Below are positions 51,747 through 64,000 of a stretch of 64,000 nt of DNA, in pieces; the stretch's first letter is position 1; each line of letters begins with the position of its first letter. The DNA comes from an uncultured delta proteobacterium (GTDB taxonomy: Bacteria; Myxococcota_A; Polyangia; Polyangiales; B10-G4). Made by a program: the position numbers and the translations under genes. The stretch is from positions 64,001 through 128,000 of the forward strand of contig CAVSGI010000011.1 of NCBI GenBank assembly GCA_963727445.1, read 5' to 3'. The notes under the pieces were generated by a model. That model ran no database searches. It saw only the letters and a program-made list of their open reading frames with translations, and had not been told where the DNA came from.

Positions 51747-52237
51747 CAGTCGCGATCTATCCGGGATCGTTCGATCCCATCACCAACGGACACGTCAGCA
51801 TCATCAAGAGCGGTCTGACCGTCTTCGACTCGCTGATCGTCGCCGTCGTGTCCAACCCGAAGAAGTCGCCGCTCTTCTCGGTGGAGGAGCGGATCGACAT
51901 GATCCGGCAGTCGATCGACGAAGCGACCCCCGACGGCAAGGACAAGGTCGCAGTCGACAACTTCGAGGGGCTCCTCGTCGACTACTGCCGCCAGAAGGGG
52001 GCGAAGATCATCTTGCGCGGCCTGCGCGCGGTGGCCGACTTCGAGTACGAGCTTCAGATGGCGAACATGAACCGCCACATGGAGCCGGGCATCGAGACCG
52101 TCTTCATCATGGCGAACGACGCCTACTTCTACGTGAGCTCCAACCTCGTCAAGGAGGCGGCGACGCTGGGGGGCGGCGTCTCCAAGCTCGTCCCACCCTG
52201 CGTGGGCCCCAAGCTGTACGCCAAGCTCGGCCGGTAG
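51743..52237 (+). CDS. coaD: Phosphopantetheine adenylyltransferase
   Basis: [35 protein letters not shown]. Confidence 0.97.
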   Translation: MTVAIYPGSFDPITNGHVSIIKSGLTVFDSLIVAVVSNPKKSPLFSVEERIDMIRQSIDEATPDGKDKVAVDNFEGLLVDYCRQKGAKIILRGLRAVADFEYELQMANMNRHMEPGIETVFIMANDAYFYVSSNLVKEAATLGGGVSKLVPPCVGPKLYAKLGR

Positions 52238-53355
52238 AGCGGCTCCGCCGCCAGGCCCTGATCGCGCAGGATCCGCAGGGTCGGCACGTCGGCGAGACCG
52301 ATGCGCCCCGAGCGCAGCTCGTCGACGGTCGCTTCGCCGTTCTGCACCGCGTGGCGGACGCGGAGGTAGCCGCGGAGGTAGCCCGCGTCCCGCGCCACGC
52401 CGCCGCCGCGATAGGCCCGCTCGCAGATCGCCACCGCGTCCTCGGGGGCGAAGCCGTGGTCCATCGCGAGCGCGCGCACCGAATCCTGGAACGTGGCGCC
52501 CGCGTGCATGCGGTCGGTGATCCAGACCCGCGCCGCCAGGATGCGCAGTCGATAACCGTCGAGCACACCCGCGAGCTCCTCGAGGTAGAGCGCCACGCCT
52601 TCCTGGTCACCGAAGGAGCCCGCCGTTCCGTGCTCGAGCAGACGTATGGGCTGGGCGCGTCCGTTGGCGGCGGCGACCAGGTGCCCGAGGACCTCGTGCA
52701 CCGCGAGGCGAAGCGCTTCGCGCGCGCCGAAGGTGCGGTCCGCGACGAACACCACGCGCTCACCCGTCGCTGCGCCGGCTGACAGACGCGGCTCGACCCG
52801 CACCTCCACGTCGAGGCGGGCGTGACGCGCCACCCGGCGCACGAGCTCGGCGAGGGAGGGCTCGCCGAGGAGCGCCGTCGCGGGCAGGACGCGTGCTTCG
52901 GGCTGTCCCTCGGTCTCGGAGAGGATGTGCCGCGCGACTTCCGCCACCGGCATGGTCGTGGCCTGGCCCTCTGCGCCGTCCACTGGCACTTCGGAGCGGC
53001 CCGTGCCGAAGCGCCGGGCCGCCAGGGGGCGGACGCGCTTGGCGTCGCCGATCGCCTCGAGCAACGCGAGATCGATCTCGAGCTCTTCGAGGCGCGCGAG
53101 GTAGAGCGCTCCGGCTGGCGGCACCTTTTCGGCGAGAGCGCGGGCCGCGTCGAGGAGCGCATAGGCTTCGGGCGGCACGCGGCGCGGGCGGATGTCGAAG
53201 CGCGGCGTGGCCACGTCGCCGCGGGACACCGCGCGGATCAGGCGTTGGCGTTCGGCCGCCGCGTTGTCCGCGGTGAGCGCCGGCAGAAGCCGCGCGATGC
53301 CGTGGAGGCGCCCCAGGTGTGCGTCGAGGGTGAGTCGCGGGTCGCGGTCGGTCAT
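52129..53355 (-). CDS. DUF1704 / QEGLA-motif (MATCAP-like) metallopeptidase
   Basis: HEVLGH, ANGRAQP, DQEGVA, RAYRGGG..RD..YLRG. Confidence 0.8.
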   Translation of the reverse strand: MTDRDPRLTLDAHLGRLHGIARLLPALTADNAAAERQRLIRAVSRGDVATPRFDIRPRRVPPEAYALLDAARALAEKVPPAGALYLARLEELEIDLALLEAIGDAKRVRPLAARRFGTGRSEVPVDGAEGQATTMPVAEVARHILSETEGQPEARVLPATALLGEPSLAELVRRVARHARLDVEVRVEPRLSAGAATGERVVFVADRTFGAREALRLAVHEVLGHLVAAANGRAQPIRLLEHGTAGSFGDQEGVALYLEELAGVLDGYRLRILAARVWITDRMHAGATFQDSVRALAMDHGFAPEDAVAICERAYRGGGVARDAGYLRGYLRVRHAVQNGEATVDELRSGRIGLADVPTLRILRDQGLAAEPLYRPSLAYSLGPTQGGTSLETPPPSVAASLTRLELT

Positions 53356-54810
53356 CTAGAGGAGCTCGGTCGCGCGCTCGGCGAGCTCGCTCCGTTCGCC
53401 CTTGGCGAGGGTGATGTGCCCGGAGATGCGCTCGTCTCGGAAGCGCTGCGCGACGATGGCGAGACCGTTGCTCGCGGCGTCCACGTACGGGTTGTCGATC
53501 TGGTACGGGTCGCCGGTGAGCACGATCTTGGTGTCGGCGCCGCAGCGCGTGATGATCGTCTTCACTTCGTGTGGCGTGAGGTTCTGGGCCTCGTCGACGA
53601 TCAGGAACTGGTTGGGCAGGGACCGGCCGCGGATGTAGGTCAGCGGCTCCACCTGCAAGGTCCCCGAGGCGACCAGCTCCGACCAGTCACGGCCGCTGCT
53701 CATTCGGGTGCGCCCCGTCGAAAAGATGTACTCGAGGTTGTCGAAGATCGGCTGCATCCACGGGTTGAGCTTCTCTTCGATGGTGCCCGGAAGGAATCCG
53801 ACGTCCTTGCCGAGGGGGAAGATCGGCCGCGACACGAGCAGGCGCGCGTAGGTGCCGTCGTCGAGGACCGACTTCAGGCCCGCGGCGATGGTGAGGAGCG
53901 TCTTGCCGGTGCCCGCCTTGCCGACGAGGGTGAGCAGGTGCACGTCGGGGTTGAGCAGCATGTCGAGGGCGAAGTGCTGCTCCATGTTGCGCGGCCGAAC
54001 GCCCCACGCGCCCTCGCGCGTGATGCGCAGCGGGACGATGGCTTCGCGCGCCGCGTCGAAGCGGCCGAGCGCGGTGTGCTTCGCCGAGTCGCGGTCGCGC
54101 AGGACGATCCCCGAGTGCGGGTGGATGGCGTCGTCGTCGGGCGGCGCGACGTCGCCGATCGGCACGTCCTCGCGGCGGCCGAGGCGGTCGACCAGCTCGC
54201 TCTCGACCTCGAGGGTCGCGATGCCCCGATAGAGCTCGTCGATGCGGATGCGGCCGCCCTCGTAGTTCTCGGCGCGCAGGCCCAGAGCGTCGGCGCGGAT
54301 TCGAAGGTTCGAATCCATCGTGACGAAGATCACCGGGATGTCCGGGTTCTGGTCCCTCAGCTCGAGGGCCATTCCCATGATCGCGTGGTCCATCCCCCGG
54401 TTGTCGAGCTTGCGGAGCCGAGACGGATCCTTCGGTACACCGACGCGCAGCCGGCCGCCCTCGTCGAGATCGACGCCCTTTTCGAGCGAGCCACCGCTCT
54501 TCTCGCGCATCTCGTCGAGAAAGCGGGCGATCGTTCGGGCGTTGCGCCCGAGCTCGCTCATGTCCTTCTTGAACTGGTCGACCTCCTCGATCACGTAGAT
54601 CGGGATCACGACCTCGTTCTCTTCGAACTTCTTGATGGCCCCGGGATCGTGGAGGAGGACGTTCGTGTCCAGGACGTGGATCTTGCGGGTCATCTTGTCA
54701 GCGCGGCTCCGTAGCACGGCATCGTCTCGTTTCAAGCGGCTGCCGGAGGACGCAGGGGGGGACGGCGTGCCCGTGACTTGGGTGCCGACTCCGTCGGGTG
54801 ATTGCTTCAT
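53356..54810 (-). CDS. PIN-PhoH (PhoH2/YlaK-like) protein
   Basis: PIN VLDTNVLLHD...VIEEVD...VTMDSNLR; Walker A GKAGTGKT; GFLPG, YIRGRSL, DEAQNLT, GDPYQID. Alternative start 54693. Confidence 0.93.
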   Translation of the reverse strand: MKQSPDGVGTQVTGTPSPPASSGSRLKRDDAVLRSRADKMTRKIHVLDTNVLLHDPGAIKKFEENEVVIPIYVIEEVDQFKKDMSELGRNARTIARFLDEMREKSGGSLEKGVDLDEGGRLRVGVPKDPSRLRKLDNRGMDHAIMGMALELRDQNPDIPVIFVTMDSNLRIRADALGLRAENYEGGRIRIDELYRGIATLEVESELVDRLGRREDVPIGDVAPPDDDAIHPHSGIVLRDRDSAKHTALGRFDAAREAIVPLRITREGAWGVRPRNMEQHFALDMLLNPDVHLLTLVGKAGTGKTLLTIAAGLKSVLDDGTYARLLVSRPIFPLGKDVGFLPGTIEEKLNPWMQPIFDNLEYIFSTGRTRMSSGRDWSELVASGTLQVEPLTYIRGRSLPNQFLIVDEAQNLTPHEVKTIITRCGADTKIVLTGDPYQIDNPYVDAASNGLAIVAQRFRDERISGHITLAKGERSELAERATELL

Positions 54811-55514
54811 GCGGGCTGTGGCCTCGTGAGGATCTCGGTCATGCTGATGCGTTCGCTGCCCATCACTTCACTGCAGACTTCGGTGAGGGCGAGCGCGCGC
54901 ATGGTTATCACTTCGGCGGCCGCGGGGTCTTCCGCCTCGGGGAAGACCCCTCGGTCGACGATGGCGCAGATGGCGCCAGCTTCGAGGTACGCTGGGGCGG
55001 CCTCGACGTCGACCCCACCGGCGGCCGCGAGGGGCAGGTCGGGGAAATCGTCGACCAGCGACTTGAAATAAGCGGGCCCGCCGAGGCCCGCCGCTGGATG
55101 AACGGCGATCAGGTCCGGCTCGGCCCCTGCGCAGCGGAGGAGCTCGGTGGGGGTGGCCGCGCCTGCCACCACCGCCAGGCCCCGGGCACGCGCGGCGTGG
55201 ATGATCTCCACGTCGCACACCGGGGAGATGACGAAATGAGCGCCGGCGGCCACCGCCATCATCACCTGTTCGACCGAGACCACACCCGAAACGCCGACCG
55301 AGAGGTTGGCCTCGTCCGCCAGATCCGAAGCCACCTCGGTCACCTCGGGATACTGAACGGGGATGCCCAGGAGCTTGATCCCACCCTTGGCGACGGCGAT
55401 GGCCCAATCGAAGAGCTGGTCCGCTACGGGAGCCCGGACGACGGCGACGAGGCCATGGTCACGGATCAGGTGTGCCGTGTCGCTCACCGAAGGCTCAGTA
55501 GATCCCGTGGCCAT
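54807..55514 (-). CDS. KDPG/KHG aldolase-fold protein lacking catalytic residues
   Basis: VAVVR, AGAHFVISP, GAATPTEL, GGPAYFKSL, AAGGV; Glu and Schiff-base Lys positions read LLGIP and LIAVHPA. Confidence 0.8.
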   Translation of the reverse strand: MATGSTEPSVSDTAHLIRDHGLVAVVRAPVADQLFDWAIAVAKGGIKLLGIPVQYPEVTEVASDLADEANLSVGVSGVVSVEQVMMAVAAGAHFVISPVCDVEIIHAARARGLAVVAGAATPTELLRCAGAEPDLIAVHPAAGLGGPAYFKSLVDDFPDLPLAAAGGVDVEAAPAYLEAGAICAIVDRGVFPEAEDPAAAEVITMRALALTEVCSEVMGSERISMTEILTRPQPA

Positions 55515-55581
55515 CGCGACGTCAAGGCCCAGTAGCCGAAGCGGTCTATCTTCGGCCCGAGGGGGGCGCTAGACTTCCGCG

Positions 55582-56379
55582 GTGATGCTGGCACGCGCTC
55601 TCACCCTCGCTCTCGTGGTGTCGGCGGCGGGCGTGGCAGCCGAGGCACGCGCGCAGGTGAGCCCGGACGTGGCGGAGGCCCATCGCGCGGCTCTGGCGGG
55701 CAATTTCGATGCCGCGACCGGTGCGCTCGATGCTGCGCTCGCCCGGTCGAACCTGAGCCGCGAAGATCTGTTGACCATCTACGAAGCGAAGGTCTTCGTG
55801 GACTTCGCGAACGGCGCGACCGATCGGATGGGGGAGAACCTCGAGCGCATCGCCGCCCTCGACCCGAACCATGCCTTCGACCCGAACTTCTTCCCCGCCG
55901 ACGTGACCAACGTCTTCCGCGCCATCGTGAACGAGCGCGGCGCGCCCCTCACGGTGGAGGCGGACGCGGTGGTCCTCGCGAGCGGCGAGTTCGAAGTGCG
56001 CGCCGAGGTCGACAACGATCCGGGCCTGTCGCGCGACGTGCGTGTCTACGGGCGCGGCGGCGCAGGGCAGTGGGAGACCGGGTCCCGAAGCGTCCGGGTG
56101 GCGGCGGAAGGGGCGGATACCGGGCTCTACTACGCTGAGGCGATCGGTCCGGGTGGCGCGGTCCTGGCGCGGGACGGCCAACCGCTCTCCCCGCGCACGG
56201 TCGACCTCTCGGGCGCTCCCGAAGAAGGCGGCGGCGGGGTGCCCATGTGGGTCTGGATCGCCGGTGGCGCGGTTCTGGCCGCGATCGTGGTGACCATCAT
56301 CGCCGTGGCGGTGAGCAGCAGCGGGGTATCCGACAATACCCAGCCCACCGGTCCGATGGTGCGCTTCTCCGGGATGTGA
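55582..56379 (+). CDS. Exported protein with TPR-like helices, beta domain and C-terminal hydrophobic helix
   Basis: Signal peptide ARA-Q, ALDP motif, YYAEA, WVWIAGGAVLAAIVV. Confidence 0.65.
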   Translation: MMLARALTLALVVSAAGVAAEARAQVSPDVAEAHRAALAGNFDAATGALDAALARSNLSREDLLTIYEAKVFVDFANGATDRMGENLERIAALDPNHAFDPNFFPADVTNVFRAIVNERGAPLTVEADAVVLASGEFEVRAEVDNDPGLSRDVRVYGRGGAGQWETGSRSVRVAAEGADTGLYYAEAIGPGGAVLARDGQPLSPRTVDLSGAPEEGGGGVPMWVWIAGGAVLAAIVVTIIAVAVSSSGVSDNTQPTGPMVRFSGM

Positions 56380-56429
56380 TTCCCCGCGTTTGTGGCTCCA
56401 TGGGGCGGTGATCTAGGATCTCCCCTCAG

Positions 56430-58238
56430 GTGCTACCCGAGGGAGACACGCCTTCCAAAGAGCTCTCGATCAGCGACTTCGAGCTGGAGTCCGATCCCAC
56501 GCCGGCTCTCGTCGAGGAGCGTGAGCGGAAATTCGGGCGGTATCGGCTGAAGTACCAGATCGCTTCGGGGGGTATGGCGTCGGTCTTCCTCGCCGGGGCC
56601 GCGGGGGCCGCGGGCTTCGAAAAGCCGGTCGCGATCAAGCGGATGCATCCCCATCTCGCTCGCCGCAAAGCCTACGTCGACATGTTCCTCGACGAGGCGA
56701 AGATCACCTCGCGCATCAACCACCCGAACGTCTGCCAGGTCTTCGATTTCGGCGAGATGGACGGCGCCTACTACATGGCGATGGAGTACCTGGTGGGCGA
56801 GCCGCTCAGCACGGTGCTCGCGTACGTGCAGAAGGCCAAGCTCCAATCGTCTCCGAAGTGGCTCGCCATCGCCGCGCGAATCATGGCGAGCGTCTGCGAG
56901 GGGCTTCACGCCTCGCACGAGCTCCGCGACTCCTCGGGACAGACGCTGGAGGTCGTGCACCGCGACGTGTCGCCCTCGAACATCATCGTCAGCTTCGACG
57001 GCGGCGTGAAGGTCGTCGACTTCGGCGTGGCCAAAGCGCGCGGGCGCATCCATCAGACCACCACCGGAACGCTCAAGGGCAAGTTCAGCTACATGGCGCC
57101 GGAGCAGGTGCGCGGTCAGCCGATCGATCGCCGAGCCGACGTGTGGTCGGTCGGTGTGTGCTTGTGGGAGATGCTCACCTGCAAGCGTCTGTTCAAGCGT
57201 GGCTCCGAGATGGAGACGCTCCTCGCGGTGGGGCAAGGCGACATCCCCAGCCCGTCGGCGCTGAACCCGGTGGTGCCCCCGTCGCTCTCGGCCATCGCGC
57301 TTCATGCGCTGGAGCGCGACGTGAACAATCGCTATGCCACGACGCGCGAGGTCTCGCGGGCGCTCGAGGCGTGGCTCCGCAGCCAGGAGCAGCCCGCGGG
57401 GATGGCGGACATCGCGGACTTCCTCGCGTCGACGCTGACGCGCGAGCACGCGTCGAAGGTGCTCTTCGTGCAGACGGCGATGCGGGAGCGCTCCGACGAC
57501 ATGATGGTGGCGGCGGCTCAGACGCGGGTCCTGGGTGGAGGCCCCGCGACCGCCGTCTCCAATACGCCGCCGGCCTTTTCGGAGTCGAAGTCCCACACCC
57601 GTCCCATCGCTGGGCCCGAGGAGGTGACTTCATCCAAATCGACCACCACCGGTGGCGGCCCGAACGTGGTGGCGCTCTCGGCGGCGGCGACCGTCCTCTT
57701 GGCTGCGCTGGTCGCCGCGGTGATCGGCGTGGTCTACGCCTTCACCAACGAAGACGACACCACCCCGACCGCCACCCCCCTGGTCGACCCGCCGGTGCCG
57801 GTGACTCCGGACGAGCCGGAGTCGGAGCCGGAGGAGGTGCAGCCGCCCGAGGTCGAGCAGGAGACCGGTTTGAGCGACGCCGAGCGGGCGGAGCTGATCC
57901 GGCTCCGCGAAGAAGCCGAGCGCTTGCGCCAGGAGCGCGAGGAGGCCGAGCGGCTTCGGCGGGAGGAGGAGGCCCGCCAGGCCCAGCAGGCCCAGCAGGT
58001 GCGCAACACGCGGTCGATGCGCAGCCCGATGACCGGACCGCCGGGGAGCCTCTTCCTCTTCGGACTGGCGGGTGCGCGGATTCAGATCGACGGCCGGCCG
58101 CGCGGGGTCACGCCGAAGATGATCGAGGGGCTTTCACCCGGCCGCCACAGCGTGGTGCTTCAGAAGGACGGACAGACGCGCGAGTTCGGCGCGACCATTT
58201 CGTCTGGAGAAGTCACGCGCCGCCGTATTACCTTCTGA
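56430..58238 (+). CDS. Membrane Ser/Thr kinase with C-terminal PEGA domain
   Basis: ASGGMASVF, HRDVSPSN, DFGVAK, GKFSYMAPEQ; TM; IQIDGRPRGVTP...PGRHSVVL. Confidence 0.95.
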   Translation: MLPEGDTPSKELSISDFELESDPTPALVEERERKFGRYRLKYQIASGGMASVFLAGAAGAAGFEKPVAIKRMHPHLARRKAYVDMFLDEAKITSRINHPNVCQVFDFGEMDGAYYMAMEYLVGEPLSTVLAYVQKAKLQSSPKWLAIAARIMASVCEGLHASHELRDSSGQTLEVVHRDVSPSNIIVSFDGGVKVVDFGVAKARGRIHQTTTGTLKGKFSYMAPEQVRGQPIDRRADVWSVGVCLWEMLTCKRLFKRGSEMETLLAVGQGDIPSPSALNPVVPPSLSAIALHALERDVNNRYATTREVSRALEAWLRSQEQPAGMADIADFLASTLTREHASKVLFVQTAMRERSDDMMVAAAQTRVLGGGPATAVSNTPPAFSESKSHTRPIAGPEEVTSSKSTTTGGGPNVVALSAAATVLLAALVAAVIGVVYAFTNEDDTTPTATPLVDPPVPVTPDEPESEPEEVQPPEVEQETGLSDAERAELIRLREEAERLRQEREEAERLRREEEARQAQQAQQVRNTRSMRSPMTGPPGSLFLFGLAGARIQIDGRPRGVTPKMIEGLSPGRHSVVLQKDGQTREFGATISSGEVTRRRITF

Positions 58239-58241
58239 GCC

Positions 58242-59567
<1,326 letters not shown>

Positions 59568-59723
59568 CGGACGCACGCAGCGGCCGAAGGCCGGTGGGTG
59601 AGTGGTGGCGGGCCAATGGAGACTGCGTCCGCTCTCACTTCCGCTCACCAGCCTCCCAACTCCGCGAAACTCCATGCCTCTCCGCCCTACTTCCACCCCC
59701 TTCTAGCTGGTAGGATGCCCCCC

Positions 59724-61769
<2,046 letters not shown>

Positions 61770-61772
61770 ACG

Positions 61773-62702
61773 ATGAGACTTACTTGCTTTGTCGCGGCGA
61801 TCGCCTTCGTCGTGGTCTTGCCGCTCACGGCCGCTGCGCAGGACGACGCGCGCGAGCTCTTCATGAGGGGCCAGACCGCATACAACCAGGGCGACTACGA
61901 CACCGCCATCGAGTCCTGGAACAGCGCCTGGGAGCTCGATCCCCGGCCGCTGATTCAATACAACCTCAGCCAGGCCTACGAGCGCCTCGGCCGGCTCACC
62001 GAAGCGGGTGCCGCCCTCGACCTCTACCTCGAGCACGCGGACCCCTCGGACGAGAACCAGGCCAACGCGCGCGCACGACGTGCTTCGATTCGCGAACGCA
62101 TCGCGCGCACCGGCATCGTCGTGGAGGGCGGTCCGGACGGCTCGACCATCTCCGTCGACGGCCAGGAATGGGGACGCACCCCGCGCCCGGATCGCATCAC
62201 CGTCGACCCCGGCTCGCACCAGGTCGTGGTCAGCCACGAGGGCTACTCGGATTTCCGTAGCTCCGTCGTGGTCCCCGCCGGCGACACCGTCACCCTCAGC
62301 GTCGAGATGTCCGAGAGCGCCGGCGGTGGTGGTGGTGGCGGCGGCGGTGGCGGTGGTGGCGGCGGCGGCGAAGCCTCCGGCGGCGGACCCGGCATCGTGC
62401 CCTGGCTATTGGTCGGCGGCGGCGCTGCCCTGATCATCGGCGGCTCGATCGTCGGCCTGGTAGCACTCGGCCAGGCGAACGACGCGCCCAGCGCCGACAG
62501 CCCCGAAGCCGACACGGCCCGCGGACTCGCGCTTGTCGCCGATATCCTGGCTTTCACGGGCGCCGCGGCGGTGGCCGGCGGGCTCATCTGGTTCTTCCTC
62601 GCCAACAAGAGCAGCGACGAAGACGTTGCGGAGCTCGACCTCGACGTCTATCCCGTGGTCGGCCCCAACGTCGCAGGCGCCGGGGCTAGCTTGAGGTTCT
62701 GA
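61773..62702 (+). CDS. Secreted TPR + PEGA protein with poly-Gly linker
   Basis: AAA-Q signal; ARELFMRGQTAYNQGDY; VDGQEWGRTP; G14 run; two hydrophobic helices; terminal ...GASLRF. Confidence 0.85.
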   Translation: MRLTCFVAAIAFVVVLPLTAAAQDDARELFMRGQTAYNQGDYDTAIESWNSAWELDPRPLIQYNLSQAYERLGRLTEAGAALDLYLEHADPSDENQANARARRASIRERIARTGIVVEGGPDGSTISVDGQEWGRTPRPDRITVDPGSHQVVVSHEGYSDFRSSVVVPAGDTVTLSVEMSESAGGGGGGGGGGGGGGGGEASGGGPGIVPWLLVGGGAALIIGGSIVGLVALGQANDAPSADSPEADTARGLALVADILAFTGAAAVAGGLIWFFLANKSSDEDVAELDLDVYPVVGPNVAGAGASLRF

Positions 62703-63358
62703 TGATGAAGCGGATCGCTCTGTTCACGATTCTTCTGGCGGCGGCCACCGGCTGCTCGGCGGTCGTCAAGAACACCCTCGACATGAAGGGGGGCGATGGC
62801 GGGACCACCGACACAGGCCCCACCGGCTGCACGACCAATGACGACTGCACCGACGGCAACCCCTGCAACGGCCTCGAGACCTGCGAGTCCGGCAGCTGCC
62901 GCAACGGCGACTCGATGCCGGACGGCACCCCCTGCCCCCTCGACATGGGTGGGATGGGCATGTGCATGGGCGCGATGTGCGTTCCGCCCGAGGGCTGCGG
63001 CGACGGCGTGACGCAGCCGCCGCTCGACGAGGAGTGCGATGACGGCGCCAACGGCGACCCCAACGACGGATGCACCGACGACTGCCACTACAGCTGTCAC
63101 AGCGATGGCGAATGCGACGACGGCTTCGTCTGCAATGGGATGGAGCGATGCATGATCCCGGGCGTGATGAACCTTCGTTCGTGCCGCCCCGCTGCTCTCC
63201 TGGCGGCGGAGGGCACCCCCTGTGACAGCCCCGCATTCACGGGCGGCATGTGCCGCACCATGATGGGCCCGCCCCTCTGCTGTCAGGGGACCAGCCCCGA
63301 CACGTGCTGTGGTCCCGACATGACGGGCGAGATCGTCTGCATGCCCACGACACCCTGA
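62702..63358 (+). CDS. Cys-rich lipoprotein (myxobacterial Cys-rich repeats)
   Basis: Lipobox ATGC; DGNPCNGLETC; CGDGV...EECDDG...DGC. Confidence 0.8.
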   Translation: MMKRIALFTILLAAATGCSAVVKNTLDMKGGDGGTTDTGPTGCTTNDDCTDGNPCNGLETCESGSCRNGDSMPDGTPCPLDMGGMGMCMGAMCVPPEGCGDGVTQPPLDEECDDGANGDPNDGCTDDCHYSCHSDGECDDGFVCNGMERCMIPGVMNLRSCRPAALLAAEGTPCDSPAFTGGMCRTMMGPPLCCQGTSPDTCCGPDMTGEIVCMPTTP

Positions 63359-63496
63359 GCGAAACGGTCGGTTCTGGGGTCCGGACCCCATGTCGGGAGA
63401 TTGCAAGCTTCCGCACACTCCGTAGAATGGGCGTTGGTCTCGGGCTCGAGCTGGGGGGGAGGAACCGCCAGGCGCAGCCGCGAGCGGGAGTCCACC

Positions 63497-64000
63497 ATGA
63501 ACGAGCTTACGATCCTTCGCGCCGCTGCCATCGCGCTGGCGCTTCCATTTTTCGTGACGGCCTGCGGCGACGACGGAGGCACGACCACCGACGCAGCCAT
63601 GGACGGCACCACCGACACCGGCACCACCATGGGTGACGGTGGGGGAGACGGCGGAGGGGACGGGGGTAGCGTCGACTGCGCCACGGCGGCCGACGGCACG
63701 GCGTGCGGAGGCAACCTCATCTGCGTCGGCGGCGACTGCCAGCCCAGCAGCTGCGGCGACGGCTACGTGGACATGGACGCGGGCGAGGGCTGCGACGACG
63801 GCAACAGCGTGCCCGGCGACGGATGCGAGCCGGAGAGTTGCCAGCTCACCTGCACCGAGGATGCGAACTGCGACGATGGCGACCCCTGTAACGGCGCCGA
63901 GACCTGCAACGTCTCGCTGAACCGCTGTCAGGCCGGCAGCCCGATGCCGGGCACCCCGTGCACGCAGGACGACGGGAGCGACGGCGTGTGCTCCGGCTTG
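63497..64000 (+). CDS. Cys-rich lipoprotein, truncated by the window end
   Basis: GGGAG RBS, ATG 63497, lipobox VTAC, CGDGYVD...EGCDDGN..PGDGC, CDDGDPCNGAETC. Confidence 0.8.
   Translation, partial: MNELTILRAAAIALALPFFVTACGDDGGTTTDAAMDGTTDTGTTMGDGGGDGGGDGGSVDCATAADGTACGGNLICVGGDCQPSSCGDGYVDMDAGEGCDDGNSVPGDGCEPESCQLTCTEDANCDDGDPCNGAETCNVSLNRCQAGSPMPGTPCTQDDGSDGVCSGL

Noticed and set aside
62322..62369. GGT/GGC trinucleotide run as a regulatory repeat
   Set aside because: It is an in-frame poly-Gly linker of the TPR-PEGA protein.

Overview
High-GC window from a Myxococcota genome, probably Polyangiales/Sandaracinaceae-like (inferred from MYXO-CTERM-type tails, Cys-rich lipoproteins, several Hanks kinases, PEGA/TPR proteins and an FHA-sigma54 activator). 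It holds about 55 genes. Housekeeping: M16 peptidase pair, dnaK, trxB, gluQ, DnaQ-like exonuclease, gloB, rsmD, coaD, PIN-PhoH, prkA. Also a two-component system with a TolC/MFP/RND efflux operon, a surface-anchored GH25 muramidase, a K+ channel, a flippase and many envelope proteins. I found no rRNA, tRNA, CRISPR array, integrase or transposase. Most interesting: (i) a recurring module of membrane Ser/Thr kinase, secreted TPR/PEGA protein with a shared C-terminal architecture, and Cys-rich lipoprotein, once with an FHA-sigma54 activator; (ii) four sigma54-type promoters 14-15 nt before start codons, plus pervasive leaderless -10 boxes and probable non-canonical starts; (iii) several enzymes with catalytic residues replaced (matrixin, KDPG aldolase, CPBP protease); (iv) a two-copy ~200 bp hairpin element bracketing a ~7 kb accessory block. 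About seven genes are frameshifted. dnaK has ~18 single-base insertions that look like a chimeric-consensus artefact. All calls come from motif recognition by eye; no database searches were run.
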